This document shows, in pieces, positions 25,183 through 38,509 of a stretch of DNA of 64,000 nt; position 1 is the first letter of the stretch; each line of letters begins with the position of its first letter. Below the pieces are notes generated by a model, which searched no databases, was not told where the DNA came from, and was given only the letters and a program-made list of their open reading frames with translations. The stretch lies in contig NW_002060967.1 in NCBI RefSeq assembly GCF_000150275.1, positions 1 to 64,000 on the forward strand. The letters are read 5' to 3'. The position numbers and the translations under genes were made by a program. This stretch comes from Trichoplax adhaerens. Taxonomy: Eukaryota; Animalia; Placozoa.

Positions 25183-28135
25183 ATGCATCAGATATCATTT
25201 TTTTCATTAAAACTTAGTCTTGGATAGCTTGCGTACGATTTATAGCATTAATTGCTATCTAACTGTTATTCTTAAATGGACGAAAATTACTGCTATAGTA
25301 ACTTTGATACGAAATAATGATATAGAACTTGATCACTATTTTTTTGGGGGGGGGGGTTAATAGTTATTCCATCCTTATTCCATAAGAACTTTAATGCAAA
25401 GTAATGTTAGAATATTTGCTCACTATTAAATGAGATTAATGACTATCTAATCATTATTCTAAAATGGACCAAATTTCTAGTATAATAACTTTGTTGCGGA
25501 ATAATGTTAGAGCACTTGCTTACTCTTAATGCTGTTAAAGGTTGGTAGTTATCTAATCGCTATTCTAAAACGTGCCAAATTACTGCTGTGATAGCTTTGA
25601 TATAGAAACATGTCCATGACGTTATCTTTCAATGATATTACTATTCCTTTCTACAATTGTTATCCTGATCTTTTATCATGTACTTATAATCTGATGGAAA
25701 TTGAGGAAATGATATTTGCATTTTCTTTATATCTTTCCCTTTTCTATCTAAATGTATCTTATACGAATAAATATTTTATTTTGAAGATGCCAGCCTCTTG
25801 TAATTGTGTACAAGTAATCATTCTAGGTGCTTGGCTGATATCCAAAGACATCTTGCAGTAGTAAAATTTTACTCACTATATACCATACAGTGTACAGCGA
25901 TGCTGGGTTATCCATAGTTTTGTAAAACTACCCCTGTAAAATTCTGGTATTGGCCAAGAGCGAATGCATCCAAGCAGAGCCTTATATGATCAATTCTTTA
26001 TACCGTGTATAGTTCTAATTGAATCGATTTCTGATAGCCCTAAATACGGCAACAGTATTCTTTTATACTTTTATATCAAAGCTAACGAATGAATCTAAAC
26101 CAGGAACATTTAAGAAACATTCCTATCTTTTCAAAATATTTTTCTGCTATCCCAATTCTACCAGCTAACGAATTAAAAAATATAAACGGAAGATTTGATA
26201 TACATTCTCACCTTCTTGTAACGGTGCATTTAGTAAGAGAAATCAGAATTTCTGTGTTGGATAGTTATAGTTGCCATGGGAATTCACCTCCATCAATAAG
26301 CGGTTTTCGGTGGCATTAAATAGTTCCTTCGTATTATGCATATTAACTTTATGTTTGCAAATAGTTTGCACAGCAGCCATAGTGCAACTCTGATAATGGC
26401 AAGAGAATTTAGTAATCCAACCAGCAACTTATGTGAATTGTAGTAATGGATTATCGATGATAAATTACTATTTCTACTTTGCAAAGTTGTCTTTGATTCT
26501 ATTCACAGTAGCATTAACCCTTCAAAATATTTTCCATCATTCCAAATCCCACCAATAAAATCTGTTATAGATGATTAGTTGTTAACGTATGTATTAATGA
26601 TTCTGTGCAAAAAATAGGAATCTCCGTAAAATTAGTTTAAATCCTAAACTTTCAAGAGGATAGTCTTTATTATGTCAGCAGAGGAAATTGCACACTTTTA
26701 CAAACGCAAGTAGAGCAATATGCACTTTCCTCATATTTAGTGTTGGCAACTTATAATAAAATTAGACTAAAGTTTGTGCATTAATCGATCCCTAGTTAAC
26801 ATACATTTTCTAGGACTAGTAGGTTAGGAGCAGATAGTAAATCAATTGTATTACTTCAAGAAAATCAGTGGATATTCCAATATTAAGAAACAGTATACCA
26901 TAAGTGTGCGCAACTAGTACACATCCTGTACATCTCGGCACCAGTCCTAATTATTTCCCCCAATAAGTAGTCAAATATATGAGCGCGGATAAAACAAAGT
27001 GAATAGAAATACGAAAGAATTGCGAGTCTTAAGATTTTGTTTTTAGTATTGTACCCGTCTTAACACATCTGGTCTTGGTCCAATTTCAAGTTAATTCATC
27101 CCTTTCATTATCGTATGACTAATACATTTCATGTACACTGCCCAGTGTAGCATAAACCTTCTCCCATTGCAAAATTTTTAAATCTAACAAAAGCCATCTT
27201 TCAACAATTTTCTGTATACAAACTTGACAAAAACATTTGTATTCATTCAGTGGATGCTTAAGATAGAAGCATCAGCAAAGTTTTATCTCAATCTCACCAG
27301 CATCACCATACTGTAGATAACGCTTTTAATAATATTCTTGGCAGTTGTGATCTACCGTTGTTTAAATTAAAAGATCGACGAGCTGTAAACATGCGAAAAT
27401 CCTGCTAATATCATATGGACATTACTGGTTTTTATGCATCATGACGAATACGAATAGACCGATCAAGCCAAATCATGTACACATATTTTCTTTCGAAATT
27501 AACGCCACAGCGACCATGATACACAATTAATAAAGCGCTATAACATTTTATTAAAATTTTGACGTTTGTGTTATACAATTAAAGTAACTATAAAAATCTA
27601 GTTCTCTCAGCAAGCAATAGTATGCATAAGAATATATAACTCGATCTAAGATACCACTTGTCGCGATATATGAACAAACATCTACTAATTATCATAGAAG
27701 AGATGATAAAATTGATAGCATAACAATGCTGAAATCTTTTGAACATAGGTACAAGATAACTCAGTCCACTTTCTATGAATATTCAAAGTAAAAGTTACTG
27801 AAGAGTCGCAATTTAGAAAGATTTCGTATAAATGGCGCATACCAGAATTTTTTGCTAATATACGCGTAATCTAGTCAGGCTAAATGTGTAATCATAAATA
27901 GAATGTTAACTAAAAAAATGGTAGAATTTGATAACATATATACGAATATCAAGGAGTTAAATCAATTACAGATACAGGACAAAAAACCTATCTAACGCCA
28001 TTTGACTATATAATACTTGGCATCTATTTTTGTCGAAGCAGATAGTGCAACTAATTGCTCACTTACGAAAGTGTCTTACTTCTATCTGCCTACTACAGTA
28101 CTAACGCTCTTACACAAGTACTATAATATAACTAA

Positions 28136-30832
28136 TTAAACCGGAATAGACCAATCACTATCAATGATTCCATACTAAAATAAAAATAAAAGCATCTCAG
28201 TAATGTTGAAATCCGTATCGATAAATATCTTATTTCAATGAATAATATTTAATATTTAAACTACTTACTTGAATATCTATGATTTGACGATATAACCTTT
28301 CTGCAATAGATTGCCCCTCACTAGCCGTAGGTAATAAAATTTCCTGAATGTAGCAACATAAAACATTAAAATAAGGGCAACTAACTACACAGTAAATGTA
28401 GACTTTCAATAAAAATACTACAAAAGTCTTACATGATCTTTATATAATATTTTATCGACCGGGCTAACAACACAAGCCGTTCCAGCACCAAAAATTTCTA
28501 ATAACTATATAACATGATAATTCTCATCATCAAAACAATTCATATAGGTACCTATAAAAGAACTAACATCAACACTATCTCTTCAAATATACCCTATCTT
28601 CTTTGCTAGCTTGTACCACATCTTTCATTGTAAAGTCTTCTTCTACAACTTTTATACCATCCTAATTGTTACAAAAAATTCAGTTACGTCATTTATTCTA
28701 TTACACAGATAATGCTTGTTCATTAAAAGCATCCCAAAGTATTTATATACCCATTGCCTAGCGATATCAAGCAGAGACAAACGAGTAATACCAGGTAAAA
28801 TTAATCCATTCAGCGGTGGAGTCCTGAGCTCTTTTTCTATATTAGTATTAAATAATCATATTTACTGCATTCATGGTATAATAGATTCTACCAAGTTATC
28901 CTTACCCCCATTTTCGTTAATCCAATACATAAAAATGTTCATTGTGCCAATTTCAGTTACCTATGCATTATTAATTATGCAGAATTAATGCTACTTTAGC
29001 TATGAGTATATCATCGAAAATAGATTCGGACGATTTTAATGCTCATAGTACGTACGCTGTGCTCCTTGCCATATAACCAAAGAACCTGTTGGCAACCGTG
29101 CTTCTCAGCTCTATTTAAAGGGGCTACAGTTGGACCATAATTGCTGTAAACGATATATTAAAAGAATTATAAATAGATCATAATATTACAGTACCCGTAC
29201 CGGTAATTGCTTAAAAGCAATCTCAAGATACATACCCTCCAACTTTTGCCCATCCTAAACCGCCAGGCCACGCACGAATAAATTCAGTATCAGCCCATAA
29301 AGCAATGGGATTAAGGACACCGGTGGTAAAGTATGCTCCAACCGGACAAAGAATGATATACAGTAATGCTGATTTGCTGGTTTTAACACCTAAAGTAGGC
29401 TGTATAAATATTATACCAACTAAGATAACGTTATAATAACCACATGAATTGGTCTAATAGCTTACATCTGTTCCAATCATAGTTGGCCTGATATAAAGTG
29501 AAGCATTCTTAGATTCAGGTACCCAATCCATATCAGTTTTAAGTAATTCTTTCAGACATTCAAGAAATTGATCTCCAGAAAATCCCTATGATGCAATAGT
29601 TACATGTGATTCTATGTTCTATCGTAAGATACGCAGGATGTGAAAAAGTACAATCCGTCACTATCGTTATTAGCAATGTTTACTAACAGGAAGACCCAAG
29701 CTCTGAGCGCTTTTGTTCATTCTTTCCATATTGAGTTGGGGTCTGAATAATCTTATTCTACCATCAGTACCTTTATATGCTTTCATACCTTCAAAAGTCT
29801 TTTATAAAATTAAATAAATACTCACTTAGATTCGTAATAAAAATAAGGGTTTACCAATTAAATGGATGAAGAGTGTTTCATGTAACCAATACCTCAAGTG
29901 AATAATGGAAAACTTTTGCTACTGGAGAAATCTGCAAATCACGTATTGGGCCAATACGAGGTTCTTTCCATCCTATATCTTTATGCCATTCTATGGTAAG
30001 CATATGATCAGTTGTGTTGTGACCAAATATTAAATCTTTCTCAGCAGGTTTTGGCTTAGGATTTTCAGTCCTTTCAATAGTTAGATTTTTAGCCTAAATA
30101 TCCAAGTTGGCAACAATACACTAATGTTATTGCATTGAAATTCATGATTGAGTAGTAGTATGCTAAAAAGTAATTACATTATAGATAGCATTTGTAGAAC
30201 TCTTTCATGATAGAACGATTATGGAACATACTGGTAAGAATAAAAAATCATGGGCAGAAGTTATACAATTGCTACATGATCAAAGCTTTCAAAATTTCAA
30301 TATCATGATACTAAATTTAGTAAACTACAGTATAATTACAGTGAACTACTGTTTCTGACTGCCAATGTAATGCTTGAAGCTAGAAGTACGTACGACGAGC
30401 TTATACAGAAAGTAATCATTAAAGATTACTCATACTACAGTACTTTCAATGAGATGCCAATGTTATGAAATACATTACGACTATAATCATGACCTTCATC
30501 ATTCTGAATATCTCTCTAAAATACTAGCTGTAATATCATCCGCTAGAAAAGAAAGGTACAAACTTTGACTTGAATATCTCATGCAAATACGCTGTAACTA
30601 AATCTTTTCAATGCAATCTACGCAAATACACTAGCGTCAAAATGTAATATAATCCATATTTGACATCTCTGTCTAGATATCGCTATGCTTTATGGACTTT
30701 AAAGTAAACTGGTATAGCATATCCTAGCACAAGACATGGCGTAATAATTTGATTATAACGCTACTGAGCGAATCCATACTGTGCTATAGGATTTCGGCGC
30801 CTTATGCTGTTTTTGCTGATTTTGCAAGTGGT
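28136..30832 (-). CDS. BCAT: Branched-chain amino acid aminotransferase (PLP fold type IV), multi-exon; start codon not resolved
   Basis: Eleven GT-AG exons from 30093 to the stop at 28136 translate to [18 protein letters not shown]|[35 protein letters not shown]|NYGP (catalytic Lys), [44 protein letters not shown]. Candidate phase-compatible upstream exons 30832-30780 and 30271-30232 give a basic, presequence-like peptide (lower confidence). Confidence 0.93.
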
Positions 30833-33800
30833 CTAGAAGCAAAGCATGGTACTTATTACATACATATTAACGTTATACAACTGCACAGTAAGTAACGATA
30901 TTGTACACTATTTATATCATTTCTTATAATAATAATTCAATTAATCCAATGGACACTTTGTAACGACAAGACTATGATCGTTATGGTAAGCATAGGCCAA
31001 TGCTATTTTTAATCGAAACTAGTAATATTTTAGTTCTATCTGTACTGTTATCTATTATTGATTATAATTATTAATGACCAACTGAAACTAGCAAACTGAC
31101 TTGTTTACACGTGAGATCTTCAATATTTTCTATCCAATCTCCTACTAAATTTTCATTGTAATAGAGTGTTTTGGTAACTTAAAATTCAAATCACGTAAAC
31201 TGTTGCGTAACAAAGTTAGAAGTTCGTGTATAATTGCTATTGTATGAATAGCAAGTGTGCCACGTTCATATAATTGCCAAGGAAAGGAGAAATTTCTAAC
31301 ATCTCCGATTAATAGTAAAATCAAAACGTGTACAGTACAATCATTCCGCTTCTACCCCAACTAGAATTTGATAAAATACTAACGCTTATACAAAGCAAAT
31401 TGAGTTCAATTTTAAATTTATAGTTTAAGGATCGTATTGAGTATCGTTGGAGAAAGATAACAGGGAAGCCAACCCCTTTGATTTGTGATGATTATTGGTC
31501 ATAAAACAGAAGAAAAAGGTGTCATACAGTATTACTGTTATTTTCGCTCAATTTCATCCATTTCAATCAATATTAAGTAATAGCTAACTAATGCAGGCTG
31601 CCTTAATACACCTACTAGCTGTAATGAGCAGAAATTGGAAGCAACTAATGTACAGCATGGAAATGATGTCAAAATACCCTAAAAAGTAGTCCTATAATCG
31701 TCCTATTTCATAGTTCTCTAATAATAACACGGCAGTAGTCTAATTAGCCGCCCACAACTGATCATAAATCAATTACTAGCAACCACAATTATTGAATCCA
31801 TGAATAATATCGAGTTGTGACTGCCGTATGGCACTGTACTCGACATTGATTGTAGTTTAATTGACTTTAGTTTGAAGTCAAGGCCTTAAGCAAGATGCTA
31901 CACACTGTGGTACTGTACACTGTGCAGGATATCGTTATTACTTTCCAGTATCTTCCAATTAATTAATAAGTGCCCTAAGACAGTATGTTCCAAATTCTAC
32001 TTTATAAAACAGCGAAATCGATTTTAATTTATTGTTTTGCTAATAAATATATGGTGCACTTACAAATCCAATTAAAATAGCATCAAAAAGTTAGCTGATT
32101 GGAATATTATTCCTAACTTTTACTCTCAAGGAAAAGTAACCTGATCAAAATGATACTAGTGTAAAATAAGCAAGACTGCATGAACTATTGCAATGAGGAG
32201 TAAGCAGAGTAGCGGGTTGATTGTGCACAGTAATGACCATTAGTGACCGACCATATGTAGCTAACAAGGTCGATGAAATTGTTATTCCTTTTCAAATGTC
32301 TAACAGTTGAATTAAAATTCATTTGGCAGTCGAACCCATAGTATAAATAAAACTGCTATTTTTTTAAATAACCATATACTATGGACTACTAGAAGTAGAA
32401 AAAATATGATATGATATTTTTTTTCTAGTAGTCCATGTATATACAGTACTTGACACTGATAGTTTTAGAATGTAGCTATTGGCTAAAACCATAAAAATAG
32501 TGTTCATTCTTTCATTTACAAGTAAACTAAAATCGATGACAAACTTGAAGCAGTCGTCTTCCATTAAAAATAAAATTGATTTAAATTTATAGGATTATAA
32601 TTGGCTGCTAAATACTGCCGGTTGTCAATAATCAATGTATTCATTTCAAGCATCCTATGATTTCACATCAGAAAAACGATGCAATCGTAACGTATGGGGG
32701 GGGGGGGGAAATAGTTAGCACAGTTGATCTATTTTAAAGCAATTAGTGGCGATGAAATATAAAGCAACAGTAACGTAGGTGTACGCATCATTGTCGTGGA
32801 AATATGGATCCGAAGTAGTATTTATATAAGTGTTTTGCGACGGAGCATATCATCGCAACCATCACATCAGTCCTGGTGATAATGTAATCCTTGGCTAATG
32901 TGATCCACCAACGTACTATAGCATATGCTATTATATAGTGTGATGAAAAGCTCCGCAGGTGAAGATTATCATGGCGTTAATTAATTCAATGACTTATTAG
33001 TAGAGTAATAATAAAATCCAATTATCATCTCAATGCATGTATTCATCGAGTCACTAGTCGCTGGCGTTATTATTCTTAATCCTAGTCTATTGTATATATA
33101 TATATATATCGACGATATATTCATGATGAATGAAGAAATCTCTTGTAGAAATCATCTATTCTTTTTCTATTTCAATGCTAGTTTGCTTTGTCGATAGTTG
33201 GGTTATACAATAGACTTCTCCGTATGGAAGAAAAGTGGATGATGAGCAATATCAATGTGTACAATTCAACAACTGTTGGTACTGTATTTAGTAATTTGCA
33301 TCAGATGGCGTAAGCGAATAGAACGAATTAATCCATTACTGAAGTGGACAAACTATTCTGGATAGGCTCCGTATGCGAGTTGCTTTGGTAATCAACAGTC
33401 CTATCAAGACGTCGCATAAAACAACTGTTGCCAACTCTTTCTTCAATACCTTGTATTGGATGGTGTAAACTAACAGGATGCCATCATCCATACCATAGTG
33501 GAAAACTATTTCTCCATTATTTATTTACTGCTTCTTCAACAACCCATTTCGTTCAGTATGGATTGATTCTCTCCATTATGTCAAGTTAAAAGTCCAGTAG
33601 ATTCTGTGTAACGTAGACAATCATTTCAATCGATCAGCCAGCAACAGACAATCCGTCGTCAAGTCTGCTAGTTGAGTAGAATTTGTCCATGACCTTTAAT
33701 CAAGGTAATAACACACTGTATAAACATGGCTATTTTCAACGCTCTTTCCATCTTCAACAAGGAAGTATCCATAGAAATGGCTGGTTCTGTAGGCGTTGCA

Positions 33801-36800
33801 ATCACCATCTATCTAGCAGTTCTTCTACCAATAGAAGTAGCAAATGGAGGGATTGGTGGAGGTGTGACAGTATGCCACCACTATACAGTACAGCCATTGA
33901 CAATAAACCAATAAGTAATGTCAATAAACCAACAAAAGGGCCTCGATCGTATGATGTGTTGCCAAGTGTTCAAGCAAAGCCATCTCGTGGTTGTCTCGGG
34001 ATAGAGAGCAACCTTTTTGCATTGCATTAGTAGAGCTATATATAAAGTATAGTAGTGGATGTCATACTGGCGCATTCTACTGTTATTTCACCGTTGTGAC
34101 GCAACTTTTTCAACTTGGCAAACTGAATCATCATCATTATTATCATTAGCATTAATCAATCTTCCATACAATCATTGCAAAGTCAATATCATCCTCTACC
34201 ATTGAATCACTATTAAATCAATAGTTCAAAGCAGCATGATCACTCATCCTTTTCATCGTATAGTGGCTCATCTCTTGAAAATCCTTCATACAGTGTATCG
34301 TCTAGTACGATTGAATAAGGACGATATTAACGAAGGATTTGGTGCCCATTGAATCAAATAGTCTAGGCCATCGCCAGTCTACAAAATGAATAGGCTGCTT
34401 TCAAACTCAACTAATAGAGTGATGTAGTGATGCCTATTGCTATCAAAGGCAAATACTCTTAAGTTGCACATTTTTAAATCGTTGAACATTGGACAGTACT
34501 AAATTACATGACTCAATGAACACCACGACTAGACGATAAGGGGCTGTAACCAACTCGAAGAAAAGTCTGAAGTACTAAAAAAATTGGAAAACTCATTCCA
34601 TACATCATAGGCAAGAGAGAAATCAACTTGACTATAAAGTAGTAAAGTCATGGCTACCGGATTCCATCAAGGGAGCCAAGTGACACATAAATTGCTAACT
34701 ACAGTTTCGGAGATCAATCTAAGCATGTCGCTATATCAAACTTGTACCAACGGGTAATCGACCTAATCAATCTATAGCAAGGTAGGAAACTGAAAAATCA
34801 ACAGCATTTTGTCCAGCAGTGCACAATCCATTACTTCATCATTAAGTTGTAGGACAAAACGCTACTGGTTAACAACATTGAATTGAAACTTGGACTGCAC
34901 CGATTGATCGAATTTATACGTGTGGTAGCATTCAGTGCGTATTTACTTTACCACATGTGGCCAAGGTGTGCAAAATTATGACGGCATATCCATAAAATGA
35001 CAACGTGCCGTCTGCACTTGGTGCTACACTACTGTGCGCTATGCAGTCGACTGTGGGCTACGTTTCAGGAATCAGAAAATCAGTGCAAAGCATGACTCAA
35101 TGTCTCCTTGAGAGCAATGTGATCGTGTTTTCATCACTTATTCTTCTAGTGTCTATTGCGGACTACAGCAGCTAAATCACCCTGCTAAATTAATTGAACT
35201 TCATTATTATCACCTACTGTGTCGACTAAAATGAATTTCATCTGCTGTTGTGAGCAAATTTTCAGCAGAAAGTCTTCATTCAGGGCTACATTATCGTCAA
35301 GTACACTGTCAATGATAGCCTTAGTTGCACATCATAGTAGAACAACACTCGTATTGAATATTCTGTCAATAACGTCTTTAACGCTACGGTTATGCATTCG
35401 TGTCTATGCGTTTGTACAATGCCGAATTCAAAGGTGCCCTCCTAATAGGAAGATTTCTTTGCTGTCAAATGAATCATGCGTTGCTTGTAAAATGTTGTCC
35501 AGTTTGCGACAATCCTACACCAGCCATCATTGCCCGTACTTTCAAGGAAAAAGCATACGGCACCCACTGTGGATAAAAGTCATAAGGCGAAAACTACTGA
35601 CTTTTGATGGCGTATCCATCGGACAAAGTAAATTTAGCGTATGCGTTGAACAAGTCTGCAATGGAATCATGCCCAACTTTTTGGATTGAATTCTCATGTT
35701 GAAAAACTATGGTCATGCCCTAAAGGCAATTTGCAAACAATACGGTTACCGTACAACTGGCAGAAGATAATTTATTGACTTAAGTTTACAGTGTAGCATT
35801 CGTTGTAGCAAAAAAGGATCAAGTTGGGTAGATTTGCTAGAAAAGGGGTATCTTGCAGTGCACTAGAATGGATGAAAAGTACCTTTTACTTTGACAGTCT
35901 CATCCTAGGACGAATGTATCGCAAAACCTACTCCATCGTTGGCGGAAACAGTACGCCCAAAGCACTCTTTCATTGGGCCAAATGAAATGGAAGCCTGCGA
36001 CAATACATTACTATTATTTCCAACGGTTGATTAATCTACTGCATCAATATTGTAGTTTAATGCGCAAAGTATACTGTTATTAAGAGAGTGTCCATCATGA
36101 TGGGAGTGTACCTCGAATTGGATAGGATAGTTTGACAAACTGAGATTGAATTGATGGCATTATCCCAAGTGAGAAAAGCATCCTCACTCTAACCTATTTA
36201 GATTGTCCATGGGACACGGGTAGGAACAACAACTTGCCCTAGTGTAGAATAGTGCTTGAAAGTAGGTCAAAATACAATCGATGAACATGGCACAGGCTAT
36301 CCTTTAACAGCGGTAGCGAAAGTCATTTGTAAAAAAAAAATGACATACTGTACAGTACAAGAGATTGTCATCCGATAGTAAGAAAAGAATGAAAAGCGCA
36401 ATCACTACCAAGACCTATCATCGTATCCAAGTAACAAGATGAAGCAATGAGACTTACATTGATTTCATGGAGAGAAGACATCCAGCGAATACTGGCTAAA
36501 AGAGGCATAGACTAAGAAGGATAGCCAGTGGAGCGCGGCGCAGCCATTGATTTGAAATGGAACATGTGCAAGAAGAGAAATGACATCAAATGGCAATTAG
36601 GTCATGTTGTAATCATTCAAATCAACGCTTGCAGACTTTGTAAAGAAAAAGACTCTCTCTATCTGTATCATCCTCGATTCTCCATCATAATCAACATCAT
36701 TTCTTACCCTGGAAGGGAAACATTTCCAAGATTGAAGAAGGCAACGACTAACTGAAGACATGATGAACCGATTGGGAGGAAGATTGCTTAACCACTGTTG

Positions 36801-36917
36801 CTCGATGAGCCGAAATCACAACTATGATTTGTACTCAATCATGACGGCCAGTATATACTAATACCAGACGGTCTGCGATAGGCTGTCCTGTCGGGACTGG
36901 TTGGTGGTCGTGTGCAC

Positions 36918-36997
36918 CAGTACGGTGCGGTACGGATCGGAACGGTATGGAACCGTGCGGTACGGAACCGTCCGGTCCAGTGTAGTACAGTACAATA
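36918..36997. repeat. Degenerate pentanucleotide array (16 units, consensus CGGTA)
   Basis: cagta cggtg cggta cggat cggaa cggta tggaa ccgtg cggta cggaa ccgtc cggtc cagtg tagta cagta caata. Confidence 0.85.
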
Positions 36998-37597
36998 GAA
37001 GAGTACCGTCCACTGTACACAACCGTACTGTATGTGTCACTGTACAGTGTACAGTGCTGATCGACTAAGTAGTGTTTTTAGACCGCAGAAATTGCAGTTC
37101 ACTACTTTTGCTGAAGCCACGTGGACAGTGCAAAGTACTGTACGTCCATGTACTGTAATCAGTGGGCCACGATTGCAGGGGCGTGGCGTGCTCTCTGTAC
37201 ACTGTACTGGACTCGTTTGTTTGGCTTCCATTGCAGTGCAAGCTTTGATTACTTCTACTCCATTTTCAAGGCATGGACATTCAATTTGGCTCCAATTCGA
37301 CATCAGCAGATCATAACAAGCTTGAGCAATAAACTGTTGATGTTTCTGCTTATTTGAACGACAGGATTCTGTTCTCTCTTTGTAATTCCAACACAAACCA
37401 ACAGTCACTGCTGCAGGAATGGTCGCTTCAATCAGCATACTGTACAATACTGTGTACAAGTCACACCGTAACCGTGGTTAAAGACTAGGGTTACAATACA
37501 CTAGCTGGCACACCACACCATCCGGGTGTGTGCAGAAAAGACACTAGGGGAAACGCTGCCGTCCTGCCACGCCCAGTTCTACTCCATTGAATTTCCA

Positions 37598-38509
37598 AAT
37601 CAATGTCGGAATTGCTTCTCAATCTTGATGCAATATTGGAAAAGCAATAACGCCCAACAGAATACAATCAATTCATTCTCAATAGTGGCTAATCAACGTC
37701 GGAGATTCATACTAATCTTGATGCAGTATTAGAAAAGCAATAACGCCTAGCAGAATACAATCAATTCATTTTCAATAGTGACTAATCAATGTCGGAGTTG
37801 CATCTCAATCTTGATGCAGTATTACAATCAATTCATTCTCAATAGCGACTAATCAATGTCGGAGTTGCATCTCAATCTTGATGCAGTATTAGAAAAGCAA
37901 TAACGCCCAGCAGAATACAATCAATTCATTTTCAATAGTGACTAATCAATGTTGGAGATTCATACTAATCTTGATGCAATACTAGAAAAAGCAATAACGC
38001 CTAGCAGAATACAATCAATTCATTTTCAATAGTGACTAATCAATGTTGGAGATTCATACTAATCTTGATGCAATACTAGAAAAAGCAATAACGCCTAGCA
38101 GAATACAATCAATTCATTTTCAATAGCGACTAATCAATATCGGAGTTGCATCTCAATCTTGATGCAGTATTAGAAAAGCAATAACGCCCAGCAGAATACA
38201 ATCAATTCATTTTCAATAGTGACTAATCCATGTCGGAGATTCATACTAATCTTGATGCGATATTGGAAAAGCAATAACGCCTAGCAGAATACAATCAATT
38301 CATTCTCAATAGCGACTAATCAATGTCGGAGTTGCATCTCAATCTTGATGCAGTATTAGAAAAGCAATAACGCCCAGCAGAATACAATCAATTCATTTTT
38401 AATAGTGACTAATCCATGTCGGAGATTCATACTAATCTTGATGCAATACTAGAAAAAGCAATAACGCCTAGCAGAATACAATCAATTCATTCTCAATAGT
38501 GACTAATCA
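37598..38509. repeat. 93-bp tandem minisatellite, 10 units of two subtypes
   Basis: Units start at 37598, 37691, 37784, 37851, 37944, 38038, 38132, 38225, 38318 and 38411 (93-94 bp; unit 3 is 67 bp). Subtype A has ggagttgcatctcaatct, subtype B has ggagattcatactaatct. Confidence 0.97.

Noticed and set aside
28716-28988. Plus-strand 90-aa ORF
   Set aside because: Antisense to BCAT exons and introns.
35219-35689. 156-aa plus-strand ORF as a real gene
   Set aside because: Ser/Cys/Arg-rich composition typical of an antisense shadow; the minus-strand frames look more protein-like.
37598-38509. CRISPR-like array
   Set aside because: Units are contiguous near-identical 93-mers with only two recurring variants, not unique spacers. 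No cas genes, and the context is eukaryotic.
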